Assembly: GCA_000934665.2 (NCBI GenBank)
Contig: KZ538551.1
Location: forward strand, 62,001-126,000
Direction of reading: 5' to 3'
Length of the DNA: 64,000 nucleotides
Source of the DNA: Catajapyx aquilonaris
Lineage: Eukaryota
In this document: positions 10,733 to 19,878 of the stretch, one piece after another
How positions within the stretch are numbered: position 1 is the first letter of the stretch
Layout: the number at the start of each line of letters is the position of its first letter
Program-made: the position numbers and the translations under genes
The notes under the pieces: generated by a model
Told to the model about the DNA's origin: nothing
Databases searched by the model: none
The model's input: only the letters and a program-made list of their open reading frames with translations

Positions 10733-13331
10733 TCGGCAGGTAATTTCTGAATCGAACGCTTCGAAAAATCCGGATTTGGACCCGGTTCTGGCCTCGTTTG
10801 GGTCTGGAAATGGTCGGGGGTCGGGCACGGGCGGGTCTAGCCACCAGGGGCGGCCAGTGGGCTGCCCCGGGGGCCACGGGCGGGCTGGGAAATGGGGAGG
10901 GGGAGTTCCAAAAGTTGTGAAATATTAATTTTGTTCTATTATTTAATGCTGCATATGAATTTATGTTGCAGCCGTGACACCCCGAAGGTATGCTGCTATG
11001 CCCACCCGGATGCACCGCTGATTGAGGACTACAGGGCCGGAGACCAGATTTGTTCCGAGTGCGGACTTGTCGTTGGGGACAGGTGCGTACCGCAGTTACA
11101 GCCTTTTACGACATGTAACGCAACTGTACTTGTAGGGTAATAGATGTGGGGTCTGAATGGAGGACTTTCAACAATGAGAAGAACAACGCGGATCCATCTC
11201 GTGTTGGCGGGCCTGAAAACCCTCTTCTCAATGGATCTGATTTGTCCACCATGATTGGGCCCGGGAGAGGAAACGCTTCGTTCGATGACTTTGGGGTGTC
11301 CAAGTACCAGAACAGGAGATCGGTAAGTTCGTTTACAGCTTGAGCGTACGTATGTATTGCGCTGTTTCGTTGATTCCAGATGAACAGCTCGGATCGTGCG
11401 CTGGTTAATGCATTCCGAGAGATCAGCAGCATGTCTGACCGGATTAACTTGCCCAAGACAATAATCGACAGGGCCAGCAACTTGTTTAAGATGGTGCATG
11501 ACGGGCGGAACCTGAAGGGCCGCAGTAACGATGCCATCGCCACCGCATGCCTCTACATTGCCTGCAGACAGGAAGGGGTTCCACGCACTTTTAAGGTAAC
11601 GCCCTGAGTAAGAATCGCGATCGGTACTTGACGGCCTGATTATTTGCAGGAGATCTGTGCTGTGAGTAAGATCAGCAAGAAGGAGATTGGCCGCTGCTTC
11701 AAGCTGATCCTGAAGGCGCTTGACACAAGCGTGGACCTTATCACCACTGGGGACTTCATGTCTCGTTTCTGCTCCAATCTTGGCCTGCCTCCAATGGTCC
11801 AGAGGGCAGCCACGCACATTGCCAAAAAGGCAGTCGACCTCGACATTGTACCAGGGAGATCGCCCATATCAGTGGCCGCTGCCGCAATATACATGGCATC
11901 GCAGGTATGGACCACACAGTTACGCTGGGGGGGGGAATAGGATGCAATAATGAGTCAACCCACGTAAGAACAGTTTCGAACAGAGGATTCATGACAAATA
12001 AACAAAGTCATTGTCATTTCTGATGAATCCTTTATTCCAAACTTACTAGTGTGTTAGGTGGCAAAAGTTTCTGGCCTATGCTCCAGGGTTGATGGAAATT
12101 AAACCACGGTAGTGTCATAAATGGACAAGTTTGTGCTCGCAAATTGAGTCACACACTTGAATAAACAACTTCAGTCAGACATGCTGCACCATTTCACATA
12201 GTATTGAAAGTCAAGTACGGAAAGGAAGGAATTACATCCAGTGCTATCAAACAGGAACTGTGGCTTCGAAAAGAATGACCATCCACCATGAGGTGATACC
12301 TGGCCCTCAGTGGCTGTTACTTGTTTTCAAATCTCAAAAAATACCTTCCAGATATATAGAAAAAATGAAAATTAATATAGTGCAGAAAACTAAACGATGA
12401 CAAGACTTCGTCACGTGTACTCCTATTGTTGCATGAGAACAAAGCGATGGCAGCAGATCGTAATTTCGTTTTCCGAACTGTAGTTGCAGGAGGCATTTCC
12501 AGACAAAACTTGGAACGATTTTTCCAACGGTATTGTTTGTTTAATTATTCGGAGATGTAAGGAATGTGTTGTAGTATGAGATGACAATACTGAAAAATGA
12601 TACTGTTGTTTTATATCCGTCACACCTTGAACACAGTCAGCCGGAAACTTTTGGTTCCTACCTTGTATTTCAAATGCAATGTTAATGTGTCATAATAGTT
12701 GCAATTTAATTATATTCACATTGTAATCATACTGAACCCTCTATATCAAAAACCAGTTTTAAATATTATTCAAAAGAAATTATTAATGATAATCGTCATA
12801 AACTAGAATTAACGCAATCTTTCTAAACAAAATGGGCAGCACTGGTGTAGTGGTTAGCGCCACATACTTCCACCTCTGAGGTCCCAAGTTAGATCTCTGG
12901 ATCGGACAGAGGATACTTCTGTGGATAGAGTTCCGATGGGTTCTCTCCATGTTCGCATGGGTTTTCTCGGGACTCCCGTTTCCTTTCACTATCAAAATCC
13001 ATCACAGAGCAGGCAGTGATTAAAGTCGGTTCACGAAAAGATGATCCCCTAAGAGGCTCAAGGAGGCCTGTCACGGGGTATCCATTATTATGACTTTGTA
13101 AACATATGCCATTTTTGTCAGTTGACAATCGCATAACACTGTCCGATTTTAATACCAATGTAATTTCAGGCGTCGGAGGACAAGCGGACACAGAAGGAAA
13201 TCGGTGACATCGCAGGCGTGGCTGATGTCACGATCCGCCAGTCGTACAAGCTCATGTATCCAAAGGCTGCAGATCTGTTCCCGGAAGACTTCAAGTTCGC
13301 AACGCCACTGGAACAGTTGCCTCAAATGTAG
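10723..13331 (+). CDS. GTF2B: Transcription initiation factor IIB; exons 10723-10739, 10972-11082, 11136-11322, 11380-11595, 11650-11904, 13170-13331; 315 aa
   Basis: Zinc ribbon (CYAHPD...[22 protein letters not shown]), B-reader/linker (DPSRVG), both cyclin repeats and HTH ([17 protein letters not shown]). All introns are GT-AG; 948-nt continuous frame. Confidence 0.99.
12834..13000 (+). mobile_element. tRNA-derived SINE with a V-SINE-like core, in TFIIB intron 5
   Basis: A box TGGTGTAGTGG (12843-12853) and degenerate B box GTTAGATC, then TGTGGA...GTTCTCTCCATGTTCGCATGGGTTTTCTCGGGACTCCCGTTTCCT, resembling the V-SINE central domain. Confidence 0.7.
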
Positions 13332-13724
13332 TGTGTTTAAAAAGAGTGTGCACAAACACTTTTTTTTTCCATTTCTATGCATAATATTAATGGTGTAATA
13401 ATGGGAATTGCACTGTGTCAATTTTTACAGTATTTCTAAGGGTTTGGTCAAATTTATTAAGATCTGAAGAGAGTCTTTTGCTCTGTGGGCTTTTGGATGG
13501 ATTACGCAGTTTTTTATATATAAAAAATTGTTGGTTGACTGGAAGACAATTTTAGGGTTTAGTTACATGTGTTGACTAGTTGTACTTTCATTTCGGGCAC
13601 TGTATCACTTGTGGGGGGGGGCGCAACATAATAATAACTTGTTGTTAAAGTACATGTCCATTTGTTTCACACTCATTTTACCTGCATTCATATCCGTTTT
13701 TGATCCTTCAAAAATGTAAAAAGT

Positions 13725-13960
13725 CCGAATTTGGCGATCCGAATATTTATAGTCTTCCGAACGTGTGCAATTCACCGAATTTGGCGTCGACTTTGAGCAG
13801 CGAGATCGAATGAGATTGACTTTTCGTGAGTTTTTAAATTAATTTTTCTGACTACCCAATGTATTTCTAGATTGTAATTTGCTGTACTTGTTTGCAGTGG
13901 AGGGGCGGATTTGCTGGCAGACAAGGTGAAGAAACGTCAGGTCTTGCTGCCTGTTGGCGG
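13725..13960 (+). pseudogene. Degenerate copy A of URM1 exons 1-2
   Basis: TTGGCGTCGACTTTG (start ATG changed to TTG at 13781), TGACTTTTC|GTGAGT donor, same intron 1 end, and an exon 2 copy from 13898 reading GGADLLADKVKKRQVLLP. Confidence 0.9.
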
Positions 13961-14003
13961 CAGTTTGGTTGACTTGACTTGACCGAGTTTAACTGATGCT
14001 TTT

Positions 14004-14151
14004 GTATCAACAGTCCAAAAAGAATTGTCCCGTCGCGTCGAGCGGGCAGCCACGCGTCAGGATGAAAGGAATCTTGAAACTGGTTCCTTTCATCCTGACG
14101 CGTGGCTGCCCGCTCGACGCGATGGGACAATTCTTTTAGAACTGTTGATAC
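14004..14151. repeat. Near-perfect 68-bp inverted repeat with a 12-nt loop (MITE-like hairpin) near the duplication junction
   Basis: Arms 14004-14071 and 14084-14151 are complementary with only a few mismatches; TA-flanked TCAACAGT...ACTGTTGA ends. Confidence 0.9.
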
Positions 14152-14164
14152 CATTTACCCTCTT

Positions 14165-14402
14165 TCCAATCAGATGGACAGAGCAGAACATGGCCTATAG
14201 AACGTGCTCCTATAGAGAAGGAATTATGCAGTCTGTACATGATGGCTTGATTATTCGCAGGAGATCTGCGCCGTGAGTAGCCACCATGAGGGTGGCGCTG
14301 CGGACAGGCTGATCCTCAAGGTTCTCAACATAAGTTTCATGACTTATTTTTTGCTCCAATCTTGGCTCGCCTCCGATGGTCCAGCCAGGCACATTGCCAA
14401 AA
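14165..14402 (+). pseudogene. Decayed TFIIB fragment (exon 4 acceptor, intron 4 end, deleted exon 5)
   Basis: TGATTATTCGCAG|GAGATCTGCGCCGTGAGT...GCTGATCCTCAAGG...TGCTCCAATCTTGGC...CACATTGCCAAAA is collinear with 11637-11828 but carries frameshifting deletions. Confidence 0.85.
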
Positions 14403-14417
14403 ATGAAAAAAAGAAAA

Positions 14418-14665
14418 GCAAATTCAAATTTGGTGCCATAATTTCAGATTATTTGGCGACCTGTTCAATAGTTGTCATTTGGCTGAATTTCATGCAATTC
14501 GCTCCTCAAATTTGGAGACTTTTCGTGAGTGTTTCTTTCTTCAGTTTTTTCTAGTTACCAAGAGTGTATTTCTCGATTGTAATTAGCTGTACTTGTTTGC
14601 AGAGGAGGGGCCGAATTTCTGGTCGACAAGGTGAAGAAACATGTCAGGCCTCGCTGCCTGCAGAA
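14418..14665 (+). pseudogene. Degenerate copy B of the URM1 promoter and exons 1-2
   Basis: AATTCAAATTTGGTGCC...TAGTTGTCA matches 17664-17726. The ATG is lost; the GTGAGT donor and TTTGCAG acceptor are kept; the exon 2 copy from 14603 reads GGAEFLVDKVKKH. Confidence 0.9.
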
Positions 14666-14729
14666 GTCCGATTGGTTGATGTTGCCGAGAGTTGCTTTGT
14701 GACCATTTCCCCCTCTTTTTCCCATTCAG

Positions 14730-17336
14730 ATGAGCAGCTCGAATCCTCGCCTGGCTAATGCTTTACAAGCAATGACCAGCGTGGCCGATCATATCAACCT
14801 GCCCAAGGCAACAGTCGACAGGGCCGGACACTTGTTTAGGACCGTGCGATTCAAGCATCGCACCAAAGACGCAATCGCATTCGCATGCCTTTACCTTGCC
14901 TGCAGACAGGACCACGTCCCCTGCAGCCTTCATGTAAGGCTAATTATGCGTAAAAGTATACAACGGGGTCACATTTAATAATAAATAGCATTAAATATAG
15001 GTATTTATAACTAATAAATTATTGTTTGTCATGTGTAAATCACTCATGGAATTAGCTCCTGGAGAAGAGCTAGTGCAATTGATGGCCTGATTATCATTGC
15101 AGGAGATCTGCGCTGTGAGTAGGATCGACAGGAAGGAGATTGGCCGCTTCTACAAGCTGATCATGAAGGCTCTCAACATCAGCGTGGACCAGGTGAACAC
15201 TGGGGACTTCATCGCTCGATTCTGCTCCAATCTGGGCCTGCCTTTGATGGTCCAAAGGGCCGCCACACACATTGCCGAAAAGGCAGTTGAACTCGGCATT
15301 GATTTCCACTCGAGATGGCCCACAACAGTGGCCGCCGCTGCAATATACATGGCATCGCAGGTATGGATCACATGGTTGTGCTGGGAGGGTACAATTTAAT
15401 ACCAGTGTTAATTGCAGGCTGATGTATCTGTAAGCTTAATTGGGGATGTTGTACCAAGTAATGATGGTTGTGGGGATATTGTTAAGGAGAAAGGGGGCAA
15501 CACCAAAGTCTAACTGGTTGGGCTACGTACCGGCAAGGACGAACCGCAGGGGTTTACGAAGCCTGCGTGAATTACAAATGCATTAACTTACCAAAATCAA
15601 GATAGTTTCAGTGGTTGAAGGGTGCAGGAGGACTGATGACATGAAGATCGAATGGAATTTATTCATACGAACATGATAGAGTTATCGTATCTAAGACAAA
15701 TTCAATAATATTTGATGGTTGGCAACAACAGTCATAATCGAGTCACTCAATTGTTGACGCCTAAGGAGGATACCGTGGAAACTGAATGAAATATAATAAC
15801 AAGTTGAATGAATGAAATGGTTATTTAATAATAATGTAATGAAAATAAGGTAAAGCATATATTTATTTAAGCAGTTAGCGTACGTAATTCCGCATAAGGT
15901 GTAGAGATGATATTTACACAAAATAATATTCTAAATCATGTGTGACTATTGTCACACGTGGATTCCAGTTGCACGCATTGCTGCTCATAATGAATTATTC
16001 ACTTATAATTTTATTTCGGGGTTCTATTACGTCCTTGGGTTTTTTGTGTAGGGGATCGGGCACTGCAGCACGTCGGGCCGGATACGTGTTCAAAATATGA
16101 AGGCTGTACTTGCAACGGGTTTTGAGATATGCTTGACAGAAAAACTCGTCTCAACAAGAACAAGGAAAATTTTCATTGTTGTTTTTGCACGAGGATCTTA
16201 CTTATAGGGACTATCATCAAGTGGGCCTTTAAAATTATTAAATATTCCAATGGAGTCTCACACTCCAACGTGCGTGAAAATAACATGACATACATGATCA
16301 ATAGCTGTAAATAAGACCAGGATTCCGAAATATGGTTTTCCTGATGACCGCCATTTTTATGAATTAATTACGCGCTAATGAGAGCCTAAAAACTTGGGGT
16401 CTGGGGCGTTTTACGTTCAGGAAGGGATGTAGTATCAGCACCGTAAATGGCATCTTCTCCGCCAAAAGTGAAATATTCCGTCACTATTTCGGACGTTCCG
16501 ACCCCACTACAAGTAAGTTTTCTAGAAATAAGGACTTATCTTCTGCCTGTAGGTTGTCTGTCTATTCTCACGTTATGGTTCCTTCACTTATGTATGGTAG
16601 TGAAGCGTGGGTCTGGTCAGATATGCATAAGAGTAGGGTGTTGGCTACAGAGATGCGTTATCTCCGGGCTGTTTGTGGGGTTACCAAGTTGGATAGGATT
16701 AGGAATGAGGAGATTTTGGAGAGGTGAGGTTAAAGATAAGGTGTGTAGGTCTACTCTGAGGTGGTTTGGCCATGTGGAGAGGATGAAGGAGGAGGAGATT
16801 GTGAAGAAGGTTAATTTGGGTGGAGTAGTTGGTAAGAGGGGCAAGGGTAGGCCTAGGAAGACATGGTTGGACCAGGTGGGCCAGTGTCTTAAGGGTGTTG
16901 CTAGTGTTAAGCCGAGACGTTCATGTGTCAATAGGACCATGGACGTGGCTGAGGCTAGGGTTGTTTGTTTGGATAGGTGTAAATGGCGTAGGTTAACTAA
17001 TGGGTAAATATGTCTGAGGATAAGGTGATGTCTGAGGTGGGGGGTGGGACAGGTTGTTTTTAGGTTTATTCTCATAAGTTTTATTAGTTCATATGTTGGG
17101 TTAGCTTGCATCTCCCTTCATCGCTGACTACCCCTCATAGGGAAATGTCGTGATGTTGTTGTTGTTAATTGCAGGCGTCTGAAGACAAGCGGACACGGAA
17201 GGAAATCTGTTACGTCGTTGGCTTGTATGACGTCTCTATCTGCCCTTTGTACAAGCTCATGTATCAGAAGGCTGTAGATCTGTTCCCGGATGACTTCAAG
17301 TTTGCGACGCCTTTGGAACAGTTGCCTAAAGCATAG
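14730..17336 (+). CDS. Core-only TFIIB paralogue; exons 14730-14933, 15103-15360, 17175-17336; 207 aa (could be a young pseudogene)
   Basis: Copies of TFIIB exons 4-6 with intact splice sites, only in-frame length changes (-12, +3, 0 nt) and a stop at the homologous position. The ATG is the first codon of the exon 4 copy. Confidence 0.65.
15420..17162 (+). mobile_element. Truncated RTE-clade LINE insertion (probably with deleted or nested interior) with a 14-bp TSD
   Basis: RTE C-terminal motifs YGSEAW...[22 protein letters not shown], then after a frameshift [10 protein letters not shown]...[12 protein letters not shown] (about 16590-17007). (TGT)n tail; TGTTAATTGCAGGC repeated at 15406-15419 and 17163-17176. 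Confidence 0.85.
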
Positions 17337-17777
17337 TATTAAAGAGAGAGTGCACATTTATGTATCACAATTGCACAACAACAACAACAACAACTTTTTT
17401 TTCGTTTTTTCGTTTTAAATATGGCGTAACAATAAGTGGCCCTACGCCAAGAACTAATAACTACCGGTATTAGCTCTTGCCCACGCTTGTTACACCATAT
17501 TTGCTGGCAATCCCACCCCAAATATTATTTGGGGTGAGATTGCCAGTTCTTACAGTATTACCGAGTTTGGTCAATTATGCAGATAAATAATGACAATGTC
17601 AAAGTACACGTTCAGTATGGTTTCATTTCACCCCCATTCATACCCTAATTAAATTATCTAGCGAATTCAAATTTGGTGCCGAAATTTCAGAATAGCTTTA
17701 GTTGGTGACATGTTCAGTAGTTGTCAGTTGCCTGAATATGTGTACCATGTCATTCATCACGTGCTCTCAAATCCAAT

Positions 17778-19878
17778 ATGGCGTCGACTTTGGGCCTCGA
17801 AGTTGACTTTTCGTGAGTGTTTTCCTTCAATTTTTTCTCATTACCAAGTACATTTATGGACTGTAATTAGCTGTACTTGTTTGCAGCGGAGGGGCCGAAC
17901 TGCTGTTCGATAAAGTGAAGAAACACCAGGTCTCGCTGCCCCTAGACGACCAAAAACAATGTGAGTCATGCCCCTGACAAATGGTCATGAACGTTTCCTT
18001 TTGCTGCTGAAAATATTAATTAAAATATCGGATTATATTTAATTGCGTTAAGTTAACTATTGCATTACATTTCATTGAATTAATTGCGTGAAATTAGATT
18101 ACTTACTATGTTAAATTTAATTTCATTGAATTAATTATATGAAATTACACTACTTACAATGTTAAATTAATTCCAATACGGTTATTCCAATATTAAATTA
18201 AACCATATCAAATTACATGCCACATTACATTATTTACAATGCTACATTAAATTCAATTACATAATTAAAATATTACATGAAATTCCATTGCATTTATTAC
18301 AATATTGAAATAAATGTTAAAATAAACAACATTAAATTACATGTTACATGACATTACAAGACAAATTAAATTATTGCATAAAATTAATTACATTTATTAA
18401 AATAATAAATTAAGCACAGTTGTAAAGGAAATAATGCGGTCCTGCCTTGTATGTCATGATAACTCGAGATTAAGTTTGCCATACTTTTCAGCTCTAAAAT
18501 CTGTGTTAGCTAGCTATTAGCGCAAAAATGGGATCCTCTGACTGCCACAACTTTCCAGCGAGCTGTTAGTAATGCCATCACTCCGCCTAATCACGTTTGA
18601 TGTCACCGGAACCATCCTACGCTTTCGGAAGAATCCGGCTGACCAGTATGCGGAGACGGCTGCCGCATTTGGCCTCGTTGCCGATCGCAGTCTAATGTTA
18701 TCCAGCTTCAAGTCAAGCTTCAAGAGAATTAATGAGCAGCACCCTTGCTATGGGGCGTTGACCAGCTTGGCTTGGGAGGACTGGTGGCGCAAAGTGGTCC
18801 TGGGCACGTTTCATGGTGCAGGGGTCGAAGGTCAGGCGTTGGGCGAGGTGGCCCAACGTTTGATCAAGTTTTATCACACCTCAGATGCTTGGGAGGTGTG
18901 CCCCGGGGCTCGTGAGATACTAGAAAAGTCACGGAAACATCGGCTTGAGGTTGGGGCGTTGTCCAACTTTGACCCGAGTTTGGACCCGCTTTTGGGCACT
19001 ATGGGAATCAGACAGTTGTTTGATTTTGTAGTCACGTCGCATGAAACTAAGTGCGCCAAACCAGGCTCAGCCATTTTTATAGCCGCATTAAACAAGTCGA
19101 AGTTTAATCTCAAGCCATCAGAGGCTGTTCATGTTGGCGACAACTACGAACTGGACTTTTTAGGTGCCAAAAAGGCAGGGTGGCAAGCACTGCTGGTTAG
19201 TCAGAACGTACCTGATGGAATTTCTAGTGAGCACCAGAAGTTTGTCTTTCCCTCACTGCAAGAGCTGTCCGCACACTTGTTCAGGTTGGGGATCCCATTT
19301 TTGCGATACACAGGTCGAAAGCTAGAATTTTACAGTTGTATTTGCTTGTTTCAGGGACAATTCAGCACTTACTGGTGTGGATTAAGGACAATCTGTTGCG
19401 GCAGAGGCCGGAATTGTTCATCAAAGGTGATTCGGTGTAAGTGTTAGCTGCGGAATCTTCTAAAAACATGCGATTAATACTAGGAAAACTTGTATCTTTT
19501 TTTCCCTGAAAATCTGGTCAACTCTTGGGTATTGTTGTTGCCAAGGTTTTTTTATTGAATCAGATTCCAATGTACACAAATGGGTTGGAAATATATTAAT
19601 TTACATACAGGGTTTTTATCGCTGTGTGTTGTATTCACACATTATGAAGTTCAACTTGTGCACAATGTTGTTGTTAATAAAATGTCTGCTATTGTTGCGT
19701 AGGAGGCCTGGAATACTTGTGCTGGTGAATGATTGCGACTGGGAATTGATGGTGAGTAGTTACCTGTGCATTGAAGGGATTTGCAATTAACAGATTTAAA
19801 TCGTTTCAGGGCAATTTGGATTACGAGCTCAAAGAAGGTGACAAGATATCGTTTATATCGACTCTACACGGAGGATGA
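17778..19878 (+). CDS. URM1: Ubiquitin-related modifier 1; exons 17778-17812, 17887-17960, 19355-19436, 19703-19751, 19810-19878; 102 aa
   Basis: Spliced product [102 protein letters not shown], with the URM1 signatures GGAELLF, RPGILVL.ND.DWEL and ISTLHGG. Missed by the ORF track because the exons are short. Confidence 0.98.
18521..19305 (+). promoter_or_regulatory. 16-bp perfect inverted repeat pair bracketing the HDHD3 exon (candidate long-range pre-mRNA stem)
   Basis: CGCAAAAATGGGATCC (18521-18536) and GGATCCCATTTTTGCG (19290-19305). Confidence 0.65.
18572..19385 (+). CDS. HDHD3: HAD-like hydrolase (HDHD3/Reg-2 type) nested in URM1 intron 2; likely exon 18559-19284 spliced to 19355 (stop 19383-19385); the unspliced ORF runs to 19447
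   Basis: HAD motifs LITFDVTGT (I), LSNFD (II), KPGSAIF (III), [18 protein letters not shown] (IV). CAG|GTTGGG donor at 19284/19285, where recognisable similarity ends. Confidence 0.9.

Noticed and set aside
11029..11992. Long antisense ORFs over TFIIB (similarly over NELF-B and RNF26)
   Set aside because: Shadow ORFs of GC-rich coding exons; they cross introns and match nothing recognisable.
12834..12905. Possible tRNA gene
   Set aside because: Degenerate B box, no proper acceptor stem, and it continues into a SINE body.
16447..17007. 186-aa ORF as a host gene
   Set aside because: Frameshifted 3' fragment of an RTE LINE ORF.
19285..19447. C-terminal 54 aa of the 291-aa HDHD3 ORF
   Set aside because: Runs through a probable intron and URM1 exon 3 out of frame with no HAD similarity; more likely removed by splicing, although intron retention is not excluded.
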